A DNA stretch of 64,000 nucleotides from Rhodothermales bacterium (GCA_022825385.1 JAJDWX010000037.1:3748-67747), one strand, 5' to 3'. Shown: positions 26,326 to 36,572, numbered from the stretch's first letter. Made by a program: numbers and translations. Notes: generated from the sequence alone by a model not told the origin.

Positions 26326-28419
26326 ATGAACGTATACGACGCCGATCATATCCGCAATGTGGCGCTGGTTGGACACCAGGGCAGCGGCAAAACGATGCTG
26401 GCAGAAGCCATGCTGCTTGCAAGCGGTGCCCTGCGGCGCATGGGCGGGATAGAAGCCCACAGCACCGTTTCCGATTTTCATCCCAGCGAGCACGAACGGC
26501 AGATGTCGATCTTCGCCTCGCTCCTGCACGCCGAGTGGAAAGGCCACAAGATCAATGTGCTTGATACGCCCGGCTATCCCGATTTCGTAGGCGAAGTGAT
26601 CTCGTCGCTGAAGGTGGCCGATACGGCCGTTTTCGTGATGAACGCCGTCGAAGGCGTACAGGTAGGAACGGAACTGGCCTGGAATTATGCGGAAGAAATC
26701 GGCAAACCGTCCATGTTCGCGATCAATCATCTGGACAAGGGCGATGCGGATTTCCGGGCGCTCGTGGCGCAAATGAAGGAGCGCTTCGGGAACGGGGCGA
26801 CCCTGGTGCAACTTCCTGTCGGCGGCGGTACGCGGGCGATCATCGACGTGTTGCTCATGAAGCAACTTACCTTCCCGGAAGGCCAAACGGATCCGGTGAT
26901 CGGCGATATCGACGAAGCGTTCCGCGACGAGGCCGAGGCGTTGCACACGACGCTCATAGAGGATATTGCAGAGAACGACGAGGGGCTCATGGACCTGTAT
27001 TTCGAGAAAGGCGAACTCAGCGAGGAGGAGATGCGGGCTGGTTTGCGCGAAGCCATGCTGCATCGGCAACTTTTCCCCATTTTCGTAACGTCGGCGACCG
27101 AAGCGGTGGGCGTTTCCCGCCTGATGAGCTTTATCGCCAATGTATTGCCTTCGCCGGCGCAAAGCGATTCCGGCGAATCCGTGCAAGCCGATCCATCCGG
27201 GCCGCCCGCCGCGCTTATCTACAAAACGATGGCCGAGCAGCATGTGGGGGACTATTCGTTCCTGCGCGTGTATTCCGGCACGCTGGCCCAGGGCATGGAT
27301 CTGGAAAACGCGCAGACCGGGACGACCGAGCGGCTTGGACAACTGTTCGCCATCAACGGGCGCGAACGGGATCCCTTGCAGAAAATGGTCGCCGGGGACC
27401 TTGGCGCGGTGGTGAAACTCAAGAATTCGCACACGAACAACACGTTGCGCCCGAAGGGTTCGAACGTGTCGATCGAGCCGATCGCGTTTCCCGAACCGCG
27501 CTACCGGGCGGCGATCAGCCCGGAAAACGAGGGCGAAGAAGACCGTCTTGCCCAGGGCATTCATCAAATTCGCGAAGAAGACCCGTCGCTGGTCGTGGTG
27601 CACGATCCCCACTTGCGGCAGATGACGCTGGGGGGGCAGGGCGAAATGCATTTGCAGGTTGTGAAATACCGCCTGTCGAACCGTTTTGGCGTGGGCATCG
27701 TGTTTTCCAAGCCGCGCGTGGCGTATCGGGAAACGATCACGCAGCAGGCCCGGTCCAGTTACCGGCACAAGAAGCAGACGGGCGGCGCCGGGCAGTTCGC
27801 GGATATTTCCATACTGGTCGAGCCGCTCGACGGGGACTTCCAGCCGCCTTCGGACATTACCGTCCGGGGCCAATCCGAGGTCGAAACGGCCTGGGGATCG
27901 AAGATTCACTTTATCGACGCCATCGTGGGCGGCGTCATCGACATGCGGCGCTTTTTCGGCGCCATCCAGAAGGGGGTGCTCGAAGCCACGCAGGACGGTC
28001 CTATCGCGCGGTATCCGGTGGGACACTGCCGGGTCGTCGTATACGATGGGGGAATGCACCCGGTCGATTCCAACGACGCGGCCTTCAAGACGGCCGGGCG
28101 CATGTGTTTCCGCGATGCGTTCCGGTCGGCTTCGCCGGTCATTCTGGAGCCGATTCACGACGTGACCATTACGGTTCCCGAGAGTTTCGTGGGCGATGTG
28201 ATGGGGGATATGAACACCCGTCGGGGCCGTATACAAGGCATTGAGGCCGAGGGCGTGTTCCAGAAGATCATCGTGCAAGTTCCCGAGGCGGAATTGTACC
28301 GCTATTCCACCTCGCTGCGGTCCATGACGCAGGGGCGCGGGATTCACCATGCCGCGTTCAGTCACTACGAAGCGATGCCCCGCCATGTGCAGGACGAAGT
28401 AGCGAAGGCGGCGGAGTAG
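26326..28419 (+). CDS. fusA: elongation factor G family GTPase
   Basis: Start at MNVYDADHIRNVALVGHQGSGKT (G1), then DTPGYPDF (G3). About 697 aa, EF-G-like throughout. The longer ORF start at 26161 lies inside the repeat element. Confidence 0.9.
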   Translation: MNVYDADHIRNVALVGHQGSGKTMLAEAMLLASGALRRMGGIEAHSTVSDFHPSEHERQMSIFASLLHAEWKGHKINVLDTPGYPDFVGEVISSLKVADTAVFVMNAVEGVQVGTELAWNYAEEIGKPSMFAINHLDKGDADFRALVAQMKERFGNGATLVQLPVGGGTRAIIDVLLMKQLTFPEGQTDPVIGDIDEAFRDEAEALHTTLIEDIAENDEGLMDLYFEKGELSEEEMRAGLREAMLHRQLFPIFVTSATEAVGVSRLMSFIANVLPSPAQSDSGESVQADPSGPPAALIYKTMAEQHVGDYSFLRVYSGTLAQGMDLENAQTGTTERLGQLFAINGRERDPLQKMVAGDLGAVVKLKNSHTNNTLRPKGSNVSIEPIAFPEPRYRAAISPENEGEEDRLAQGIHQIREEDPSLVVVHDPHLRQMTLGGQGEMHLQVVKYRLSNRFGVGIVFSKPRVAYRETITQQARSSYRHKKQTGGAGQFADISILVEPLDGDFQPPSDITVRGQSEVETAWGSKIHFIDAIVGGVIDMRRFFGAIQKGVLEATQDGPIARYPVGHCRVVVYDGGMHPVDSNDAAFKTAGRMCFRDAFRSASPVILEPIHDVTITVPESFVGDVMGDMNTRRGRIQGIEAEGVFQKIIVQVPEAELYRYSTSLRSMTQGRGIHHAAFSHYEAMPRHVQDEVAKAAE

Positions 28420-28429
28420 GGAGGATGCC

Positions 28430-28846
28430 ATGATATCTAAAGAAAAATTCGAAGGCGCCTTACGAGAACTGGCAGATGTGCTCACGTGTTATGTGAGCAC
28501 GGAGGATGGTCAGTGGACAGTCAAGGGATTTATAGATGTGTTCAAGAATGTCTATACGATTTCTTCAGATACCAAGATTGTCTCCAAGATATTGGAGATA
28601 CATCTTTTGCCAAAACTATCCGCATTTGCGGAGGAATACGGATTTGCTATCATATTAGCTGAAAAACAAAATTATTATCCTGATGTATCGTTCGTACACA
28701 AAGAAAACATATCTTTAAAATTTGCCTTGGATTTCAAAACGACATATCGAAATCTCCAAAAACCATGGCTATGTAATGGTTTCACATTGGGTTCGCACGG
28801 TGCATATTTTCGAAAAAGATCGAGTACAAAAAATATTCAATATTAA
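28430..28846 (+). pseudogene. EcoRV-family type II restriction endonuclease, C-terminally truncated
   Basis: SSDTKIVSKILEI, NYYPDVSF, FALDFKTTY and FTLGSHGAYFRKRSSTKNIQY line up with R.EcoRV SDTKVLSTIFEL, NHYPDFTL, IAIDIKTTY and FTLGGYTSFIRNNTKNIVY. The ORF stops at 138 aa, whereas EcoRV is 245 aa. Very AT-rich. Confidence 0.75.
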
Positions 28847-28868
28847 TCATTCCGAGGAATAATAAAAA

Positions 28869-29801
28869 ATGAGTGATTTTTACCGTACCATAGTGCCTCC
28901 AATAAAATGCCAGGGTATCAAAACCAGACTGGTATCATGGATTCGGTCCGTTGCTCCCTCGAGATTTACGGGAAGATGGGTAGAGCCGTTCATGGGATCA
29001 GGAGTGGTTGCCTTTAATATTTGCCCCGGCAAGGCAATTCTGGCCGATTCCAATCCTCATGTAATTAATTTTTACAAAGCCATCGCAGCGGAAAAGATCA
29101 CACCCATATCTGTTCGCTCGTTTCTCGTAAGAGAAGGTGACCAATTATTACGTTCTAACGGAGATCATTACTATGTAGTTCGTGAAAGATTTAATCAATA
29201 CGGGGATCCGTTTGACTTTCTATTTCTGAATAGATCATGTTTCAATGGATTAATGCGTTTCAATAAAAAGGGAGGTTTCAATGTTCCGTTTTGTCGTAAA
29301 CCGCATCGATTTGCGCCTGCATACATTACTAAAATATGTAATCAGGTAAAAAATATATCGAACATTATAAATCTTGGAGAATACGAATTTTATTGTCAAG
29401 ATTTTTCTACCACGATCAATAATATCAATGAAGAAGATATGATTTATTGTGACCCTCCTTATATTGCTCGTCATTCGGATTATTTCAATAATTGGGATGA
29501 AAATAATGAACGCAAACTGGCAAATTTTCTTTCCCTTGTATCATGTAAATTCATTTTATCTACATGGTATGGTAATAAATATCGAAAAAATCCCTTTATT
29601 GATGCTCTATGGTCAGAATTTTACATGCTGAAGCAAGATCATTTTTATCATGTTGGCGCCAGCGAAGAAAACAGGAATTCAATGACGGAAGCATTGATAA
29701 CCAATTTCGAGCCATTACTTTACGATGCTCCTTCAGAGATGGTTGAGCAGATGATTCTTCTTGAACCAGGGACATCGTATACCCCGAATTCCAGCATATG
29801 A
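28869..29801 (+). CDS. Dam-family N6-adenine DNA methyltransferase (M.EcoRV-like)
   Basis: PPIKCQGIKT, motif I EPFMGSGVV, motif IV DPPY, FYHVGAS. Full length (310 aa). AT-rich. Confidence 0.9.
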   Translation: MSDFYRTIVPPIKCQGIKTRLVSWIRSVAPSRFTGRWVEPFMGSGVVAFNICPGKAILADSNPHVINFYKAIAAEKITPISVRSFLVREGDQLLRSNGDHYYVVRERFNQYGDPFDFLFLNRSCFNGLMRFNKKGGFNVPFCRKPHRFAPAYITKICNQVKNISNIINLGEYEFYCQDFSTTINNINEEDMIYCDPPYIARHSDYFNNWDENNERKLANFLSLVSCKFILSTWYGNKYRKNPFIDALWSEFYMLKQDHFYHVGASEENRNSMTEALITNFEPLLYDAPSEMVEQMILLEPGTSYTPNSSI

Positions 29802-30162
29802 CCTATGCCTTGGTGCCTTGCTTGTCAAAGAGGATGGGTTGTAGTCGAGTGTACAGTCGAGAGATGCAAATTCGTGCATGCGCTCAACCCCTACCGCCCG
29901 TCGAGGAAGCGATCCAGCGCGCCCGGTTTTCTTCCCGGACGCCTGTCTGGACACTCTCCGGGACATTCTTTTAGACAAATAAAGGGACATTTCAAGTATA
30001 ATAAATCTTGATTCCCGATAAATTCGGGTTTATATTTACCCCGTACGGGCCGTTTTCGCCAGGTATCGGGCGCTTTTTTGCCTTGCTGCCGAAGCGATAC
30101 GGTTTTTGTCGACTTTTCTGCCCGACAGGGCCGCCATAGCGCATGTACCAGCATTCAATCCC

Positions 30163-31416
30163 ATGTCCAACCGCCGCGAATACGAGCGAACGCATCCCTG
30201 GATCACGTTCCGGCTGGATTTGAACCAGGCGCATCCCCATCTATGGACATTGCTTGGACAGGCCGTGACCTTTTGCAGGCAAGTGTCTCAAGCGGCCCTG
30301 CCCCCGGATATCGCAAAAACGTTCAAGACGCTATACCTCAGCAAGGGCGTTCGGGCGACGACAGCTATCGAGGGGAATACCCTGACAGAAGAACAGGTGC
30401 AGGCCCAGATCGAAGGGACGCTGGATTTGCCTTCCTCGCAGGAATATTTGCAACAGGAGATAGCGAATATTTTGCATGCTTGCGGGGTTATCGAAGCGGC
30501 TATGGACACGGATAATCCGCCCCGGTTGACCGTGGATCTGATCCGGGAATACAATGGGCACGTGCTTGAAGGATTGGGCGAGCATCTTGCCGAAGGCGTG
30601 ATTCCCGGTGAGATTCGCGCGCATTCGGTAGGCGTGGGCAGTTATCGAGCGGCGCCCCCGGAAGATTGTCGCTATCTGCTGGAACGTCTTTGCGGATGGC
30701 TGGAGGAGAAAACCGAGATCCCGTTTTTTGCGGAGGAAGACGATCAACGGGTTGCGACGGGTATTTTGCACGCCATTCTTGTCCACTTGTACATTGCCTG
30801 GATTCACCCCTTCGGCGACGGCAACGGGCGCACGGCGCGGCTCCTGGAGTTTATGGCGCAGGCTCGCGCGGGGGTTCCGTTTCCTTCGGCGCACCTGCTC
30901 AGCGACCACTACAATATGACCCGGACCCAGTACTACCGGGAACTGGACCGGTCAAGCCAGGTCTGCGATGGCGAAGGAGACGCTTTCGGATTCCTGCACT
31001 ACGCCTTGCAAGGGTTTGTAGATGGATTGCAGGCGCAATGCCAAAAAATTCAGGGGTATCAACTTGCGATAGCGTGGGAACACTTTATCTATGGCGTGTT
31101 TGCGAAGCAGAAGCGTTCCAGCGCCATGCAACGCCGGCGGGAACTGGTGCTGGAACTCGGTCGAATATCCGAACCCGTTGCCAAGGCGGAAATACCCTTC
31201 CTAACCCCGGCCTTGGCCCGCGGTTACGCCGGCAAGACACGCAAGACCCTCACCCGGGACCTGAACTGGCTGGGGCAGAAGCGGTTGATTGCGCGGGCGG
31301 GCCGGGCGTATCGCGCCAACATCGGGCTCATGTGGGCATTCGTGCCGCATTTGCAAGCAGATCGATTCGTTACCTTGCTGTCTTCCGCCCGCAGCGAGCG
31401 AGGCGAAAACGAATAA
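30163..31416 (+). CDS. Fic family protein
   Basis: Start at MSNRREY. Canonical Fic motif HPFGDGNGRTAR. Confidence 0.9.
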   Translation: MSNRREYERTHPWITFRLDLNQAHPHLWTLLGQAVTFCRQVSQAALPPDIAKTFKTLYLSKGVRATTAIEGNTLTEEQVQAQIEGTLDLPSSQEYLQQEIANILHACGVIEAAMDTDNPPRLTVDLIREYNGHVLEGLGEHLAEGVIPGEIRAHSVGVGSYRAAPPEDCRYLLERLCGWLEEKTEIPFFAEEDDQRVATGILHAILVHLYIAWIHPFGDGNGRTARLLEFMAQARAGVPFPSAHLLSDHYNMTRTQYYRELDRSSQVCDGEGDAFGFLHYALQGFVDGLQAQCQKIQGYQLAIAWEHFIYGVFAKQKRSSAMQRRRELVLELGRISEPVAKAEIPFLTPALARGYAGKTRKTLTRDLNWLGQKRLIARAGRAYRANIGLMWAFVPHLQADRFVTLLSSARSERGENE

Positions 31417-31425
31417 AACAACCCA

Positions 31426-31475
31426 TTATGCGTTTTTTGCATAAAAAGACCCTGTTCTATGCAAAAATTGCATAG
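31426..31475. promoter_or_regulatory. two related palindromes TATGC(G/A)-N5-TGCATA
   Basis: TTATGCGTTTTTTGCATAA (31426-31444) and CTATGCAAAAATTGCATAG (31457-31475), with centres 31 bp apart. They lie between fic and sbcB and could be operators or weak terminators. Confidence 0.35.
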
Positions 31476-31519
31476 ATGACTTTTTTCTGAATAAAACCCG
31501 ATTTTTTGGGCATGATCCC

Positions 31520-33136
31520 ATGAATTTATCAAATTCAAAGTCGTTTCTATGGTACGACTATGAAACCTCCGGCAGGCATCCTCGCCAGTGCCGTCCCGTG
31601 CAATTCGCCGGGGTGCGGACCAACGAGAACCTGGAAGAGATGGGCGATCCCCTCGTCTGGTATTGCCGTACCGCGCCAGATCGGCTGCCGGGGCCCGGCG
31701 CGGCGATGGTGCATGGTTTTGGGCCGTCGCGTCTGAAAAGCGGCCTTTCCGAAGCGGAGTTTGCAGACAAGATTCATGCGGCGCTTTCGCAGCCCGGCAC
31801 CTGTTCCGTGGGGTACAACGCCATCCGGTTCGACCATGAATATACCCGCTTTCTCTTCTACCGGAATCTGCTGGACCCGTATGCCTGGCACTGGAAGGAC
31901 GGCAACACGCGCTGGGACTTGATCGACCTGTTTCGGGCGGCCTATGCGCTGCGCCCGGAAGGAATCCAGTGGTCGGTGCGCAAGGACGAGGAGAACGAGG
32001 GCGCCGAGCGGCCGTCGTTTCGCCTTCAGGACCTTGCGGCGGCGAACGGAATCGGCGGGCATGGAGCGGCCCACGAGGCGCTTGCCGACGTCAGGACCAT
32101 GATCGACCTGGCCCGCCTCGCGCGCGATAGTCAGCCGAAATTGTTCGAATGGGCGCTGCGCATACGGGACAAAAACGTAGCCGCCGCCGTTATGCGGGGA
32201 GCGGATCCTTTTGGAGGGCAGCATCGCGGCGCAAACAAGGACCGCTTCGTGTGGGTGGCGTCGATTTTTCAGCGCAGCGGATGCGCCGCGCCGGTTTTTC
32301 GGATAGGGAGCCGCCCGGACAATCCGAACGCTGTCGTCGCGTTCGATCTGTCGCGCGATCCGTCCGGGTTTGCCGGGCTTTCCGCCGAAGCGCTGCGGGA
32401 CAAACTGTTCAGTCCCGGCGAGCGCTCGCCCGTATTCGTCGTGAAGGCGAACCGGTGCCCGTTCGTGGCGCCGTACAGCGTACTTACGGACGAGGCGCTG
32501 GACCGGTTAAGCCTGGACCGGGACACGCTGGAAGCGCGCTATCGTTTGCTTCGAGACGCCGCCGCGCTGCGCGAAAACGTGCTGGCGGCCTACGCGCAGC
32601 CGCCGCGCCCGGATCGCGTTCGGAAAGCGCTGGACGTGGACGAGGCCCTGTACGCGGGATTCATGCCGGATCGGGACCGGGATATGCTTGCGCGCTTGCG
32701 GGCCGAGGACCCCACCCTTGCCATCGCGTCCAAAGACCAATTGGACCCGTTCGAAGACGCCCGCATCGCAGAACTCGTATTCCGGTATCGCGCCCGGAAT
32801 TTCCCGGACGATCTTGGCGCGGCGGAGCGGCGGCGCTGGCGCGACCATTGCCGCGAACGCCACCTGACGCGCGGCGAAGACGGCCGCACCGCCCTGGACG
32901 CCTATCATGCGGAAATCGACGCGCTGAGGAAGACGCGCGGCGACGTCCCCGACAAGGCGGCGGCGCTTGACGACCTGGAGGCGTATGGGCGCTGGCTTGC
33001 GGCCTGGCTGGACGGCAAGGAGCATTCCTTTTTCAACCGGCTATTCCGCGCGCTCCATAGCGCATATCGCTTTGCCCGGAGACTGCTGTGCCGCCTGCGC
33101 CATAGCCCCCGCCGCCTTGCCCGGCGCCGCCCCTGA
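31520..33136 (+). CDS. sbcB: exodeoxyribonuclease I
   Basis: FLWYDYETSG (ExoI motif) and GYNAIRFDHEYTR; SbcB-like along its length, with a basic C-terminal extension. Confidence 0.9.
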   Translation: MNLSNSKSFLWYDYETSGRHPRQCRPVQFAGVRTNENLEEMGDPLVWYCRTAPDRLPGPGAAMVHGFGPSRLKSGLSEAEFADKIHAALSQPGTCSVGYNAIRFDHEYTRFLFYRNLLDPYAWHWKDGNTRWDLIDLFRAAYALRPEGIQWSVRKDEENEGAERPSFRLQDLAAANGIGGHGAAHEALADVRTMIDLARLARDSQPKLFEWALRIRDKNVAAAVMRGADPFGGQHRGANKDRFVWVASIFQRSGCAAPVFRIGSRPDNPNAVVAFDLSRDPSGFAGLSAEALRDKLFSPGERSPVFVVKANRCPFVAPYSVLTDEALDRLSLDRDTLEARYRLLRDAAALRENVLAAYAQPPRPDRVRKALDVDEALYAGFMPDRDRDMLARLRAEDPTLAIASKDQLDPFEDARIAELVFRYRARNFPDDLGAAERRRWRDHCRERHLTRGEDGRTALDAYHAEIDALRKTRGDVPDKAAALDDLEAYGRWLAAWLDGKEHSFFNRLFRALHSAYRFARRLLCRLRHSPRRLARRRP

Positions 33137-33246
33137 CAGGCGTTTCGCCTTTGTCCCTGATTTTTCTTTTCTTGTACGGTTTGCGCTGTTTGCGGCGTAG
33201 CGTTGCAGGGTATCTCTGTTTTTGTACCTTCTTATCTGTTTCCAAC

Positions 33247-34116
33247 ATGGCGCCTTCCCCCGAAACCACGGCCCGACTTCTCATCAGTTGCCCGGATCGT
33301 CCCGGCATTATCGCGGCGGTGACCGGATTTCTCTATCGCCATGGGGCGAACTGCACGGCGCTGGACCAGTACGCCACGGACAATCAGGGCGGGACGCTGT
33401 TTATGCGGGTGGAATTTCAGGCGCAGCGCCTGGACGCGTCGCGTTCCGTGCTGGAGCGAACGTTTGCGGAGGAGGTCGCGGCGCAGTTCGATATGAAATG
33501 GCGGCTCAGTTACGCTTCCGACGTGTCGCGCATGGCGATCCTCGTGTCGAAGCACGATCATGTCCTGATGGATTTGCTCTGGCGGATGGACCGGGAGGAC
33601 TGGCGCGCCAAACCGATCATGGTGATAAGCAACCATCCCGATCTGAAGCGCGAAGTAGCCCGTTTCGACATTCCCTACCACCATGTCCCGATGGCGAAAG
33701 GCGAAAAACACAAGGGAGAGGCGCGCATGCTGGCGTTGATGGAAAACAAGGTCGATGTGATCGTGCTGGCGCGGTACATGCAGATACTCTCGGCCTCGTT
33801 CGTGGATCGGTATGTCAACCGGATCATCAATATTCACCACTCGTTTTTGCCCGCGTTCGCCGGCGCCGATCCGTATAGGCAGGCGTCGGACCGCGGCGTA
33901 AAACTCATCGGCGCGACGGCCCATTACGTAACGGCGGAGCTGGACCGGGGGGCCATTATCGATCAGGATGTGGTGCGCGTAAATCACCGGCAAAGCCCGG
34001 AAGATTTGAAGCGCCTGGGCCGGGACGTGGAACGCAGCGTGCTTGCGCGCGCCGTGCGCTGGCACCTGGAGGACCGCTTGATCGTGCACGAAAACAAAAC
34101 GGTCGTGTTCGTTTGA
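33247..34116 (+). CDS. purU: formyltetrahydrofolate deformylase
   Basis: Start at MAPSPE. N-terminal ACT domain (LLISCPDRPGIIAAVTGF) and IINIHHSFLPAFAGADPY. Confidence 0.9.
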   Translation: MAPSPETTARLLISCPDRPGIIAAVTGFLYRHGANCTALDQYATDNQGGTLFMRVEFQAQRLDASRSVLERTFAEEVAAQFDMKWRLSYASDVSRMAILVSKHDHVLMDLLWRMDREDWRAKPIMVISNHPDLKREVARFDIPYHHVPMAKGEKHKGEARMLALMENKVDVIVLARYMQILSASFVDRYVNRIINIHHSFLPAFAGADPYRQASDRGVKLIGATAHYVTAELDRGAIIDQDVVRVNHRQSPEDLKRLGRDVERSVLARAVRWHLEDRLIVHENKTVVFV

Positions 34117-34142
34117 TATTTATTCGCGTTTTGCGCCCTTCC

Positions 34143-34634
34143 ATGCGTGCTTGCGTCTCCTGGTCCTGTGCGTTGTGCCTGCTGGCCCTGACTTGCGGCG
34201 GATGCCGTCTGGTTTCGGTCGAGGAGGAGAATGTGCCGTTTTTCGAGGCTACGGTGGGGGACGTGCGGGTGGAGGGCGTGGGCGCGGGGCGCATGGAGAC
34301 CGCGCAGATATTCCAGCTCTGGGGACAGTTCGTCTATCCGGACAGTTCGTTCCGGTTCATCCAGTTTTCCGTGCCGAATTTCGGAAAAACGGGCACGTTC
34401 GCGCTGGGACAATTCGCCGGAACCTATGGCCTGATCGACGACCGGGAGCGGACGGTGCGGTTTGCGGCTTCCTCTGGAAGCAGGGAGGACAACGTGCAGA
34501 TCGACCGGTTTAGCCGCTCCGGCGTGGTCGAGGGAACGTTTTCGTTCGACGCCGCCGTGCTTGCGGGCTTCGACAATATCTCGCCGGGAGACGACTTTGC
34601 GATACAGGGCGCGTTTCTCGTGGAATTACCTTGA
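34143..34634 (+). CDS. hypothetical lipoprotein
   Basis: Start at MRACVS, with signal LLALTCGGC. No family recognised. Confidence 0.45.
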   Translation: MRACVSWSCALCLLALTCGGCRLVSVEEENVPFFEATVGDVRVEGVGAGRMETAQIFQLWGQFVYPDSSFRFIQFSVPNFGKTGTFALGQFAGTYGLIDDRERTVRFAASSGSREDNVQIDRFSRSGVVEGTFSFDAAVLAGFDNISPGDDFAIQGAFLVELP

Positions 34635-34663
34635 GCATCCTGTAGCATCCTGATGGTATCTCC

Positions 34664-35308
34664 ATGCGCCTGGTCAAACTTTCCGTCGGTCTGGTTCTGC
34701 TGTTGCTGCTGCCCTTTTTGTTGTGGGGCCGCGGCGTGGAGGAAGCGTTTACGATCGACGGCACGATGGCCTGGCTGCGCGGTTTCGGGGGGTGGGCCGT
34801 GCTGGCCGCCGCGCTGCTTTTGGCCTCCGATATTCTGTTGCCCATTCCGGCCACCCTCGTTATGACTGCGCTGGGCATGTTGTATGGGCCGGTGGCGGGC
34901 GGCCTGATCGGCGCCGCGGGGTCTTTTCTCGGGGGGATCGTTGCGTTCCTTGCCTGCGCGAAGTGGGGCCGCCTGGCGGCGCGGCGCCTGGTGCGCGACG
35001 ACGAACTGGCCCGGGGAGAAGCCCTGTTCGAACGATGGGGCGCATGGATCATCGTGCTTTCGCGCTGGCTCCCGATTATTCCCGAGGCGGTTTCGTGCAT
35101 GGCGGGGATCGTATCCATGCCGCGTCGCTTGTTTATCGGGGCGCTCGCTTGCGGAGTTGCCCCGCCTGCCTTTACTTTCGCTCTCGTGGGTCATTTGGGC
35201 GTGGATCGTCCCGCTCTGACCTTTCTGCTGAGCGCTCTTTTGCCCGCGGCGTTCTGGCTGATCGTACACCGGAGAATACGCCGGGCAACATCCATGAACT
35301 CAATCTGA
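34664..35308 (+). CDS. DedA/TVP38 (VTT domain) membrane protein
   Basis: LPIPATLVMTALGMLYGP and SRWLPIIP are VTT-domain-like; 214 aa, multi-TM. Confidence 0.75.
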   Translation: MRLVKLSVGLVLLLLLPFLLWGRGVEEAFTIDGTMAWLRGFGGWAVLAAALLLASDILLPIPATLVMTALGMLYGPVAGGLIGAAGSFLGGIVAFLACAKWGRLAARRLVRDDELARGEALFERWGAWIIVLSRWLPIIPEAVSCMAGIVSMPRRLFIGALACGVAPPAFTFALVGHLGVDRPALTFLLSALLPAAFWLIVHRRIRRATSMNSI

Positions 35309-35315
35309 CGGCTCC

Positions 35316-36533
35316 ATGAATCTCTTTCGCACTTTCCGCCTCGCCCTGATGATGTTTGTGCAGTTCTTCATTTGGGGGTCGTGGGCTACTACGCTCAGCA
35401 ATTACATGAATACCCCGGAAGTCGATATGGGGGGCGCTATTCCGCTGGCGTTTTCGTTCGGACCCATCGCCTGTATCGTGGCGCCGTTCTTCGTAGGGAT
35501 GGTGGCGGACCGGTTCTTCAACACGGAGAAGGTGCTGGCGGCGTTGTTTCTGCTGGCCGGGGCCGCCATGTTCGCCATGCCGGCGTTTGCGGGGACGCCG
35601 CTTTTTCTGACCCTGCTTGCCCTGCACACGCTGTGCTATTTCCCGACGCTTGCCCTCACCTCTTCGCTGGCGTTTCACCATATCGAAAATCAGGAGAAAG
35701 AATTTCCGGTCATTCGCGTTTTCGGGACCATCGGATGGATTGTTACGGGCCTGGTCATTAGCCTCGTGCTGGGGGCGGATTCGTCTGCCACCCCCATGTA
35801 CCTGGGCGGCGGCGCGTCGCTTCTCCTGGGCCTGTATTGCTTTACCCTGCCCAAAACGCCGCCGCCGGCGCGGGGCGAATCTACTTCCTGGCGGCAGATT
35901 GCCGGGCTGGACGCCTTGAAGCAGGTCCGGTCGAAGCCGTTCGTCGTGTTTCTCGTGTCCGCCACGCTGGCGTACATCGGGTTCGGGACGTATTTCCCCT
36001 ATGCGCCCGTGTATCTGGCGGATGCGGGCATCGAGCGGGTGGCGGGCATGATGACGCTGGGGCAGATGTCCGAAATCTTCTTCATGCTGATGATTCCGTT
36101 CTTTTTCCGGCGGCTGGGCGTGAAATGGATGCTGTTTATCGGCATTCTGGCCTGGTTCGTGCGGTTCGGCCTTTTCGGGTGGGCGGCGGTCGACGGCGTC
36201 TACTGGATGATTCTGCTCGGCATTCTGATCCACGGCCTGTGCTACGATTTCTTCTTTGTTACCGGGCAAATCTACGTGGACAAGAAGACGCCCGCCGCCG
36301 TGCGCGGACAAATTCAGGGATTGCTTGTGCTCCTGACGTTCGGCTTGGGCATGTTCCTCGGGGCACAAATTTCCGGCGCCGTCGTGGGCCTGGTTTCCAG
36401 CGCCGACGTCATTTCCTCTCCGGAGCAATGGCGTTCGTTCTGGGGCGTGTTCTCTGGCGCCATGCTTGTGTTTTCCGCCTTCTTCTTCCTGATGTTCCAC
36501 GACAAGGTGGATGCGGAGGACGTGAAGGCTTAG
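35316..36533 (+). CDS. MFS nucleoside:H+ symporter (NupG/YegT-like)
   Basis: MMFVQFFIWGSWATTLSNYM is a typical N-terminus for the Nuc_H_symport family; 12-TM length. Confidence 0.8.
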   Translation: MNLFRTFRLALMMFVQFFIWGSWATTLSNYMNTPEVDMGGAIPLAFSFGPIACIVAPFFVGMVADRFFNTEKVLAALFLLAGAAMFAMPAFAGTPLFLTLLALHTLCYFPTLALTSSLAFHHIENQEKEFPVIRVFGTIGWIVTGLVISLVLGADSSATPMYLGGGASLLLGLYCFTLPKTPPPARGESTSWRQIAGLDALKQVRSKPFVVFLVSATLAYIGFGTYFPYAPVYLADAGIERVAGMMTLGQMSEIFFMLMIPFFFRRLGVKWMLFIGILAWFVRFGLFGWAAVDGVYWMILLGILIHGLCYDFFFVTGQIYVDKKTPAAVRGQIQGLLVLLTFGLGMFLGAQISGAVVGLVSSADVISSPEQWRSFWGVFSGAMLVFSAFFFLMFHDKVDAEDVKA

Positions 36534-36572
36534 GACCCTTACGCCCGCGGCGGACGGCAGCCCTGCGCTTGG

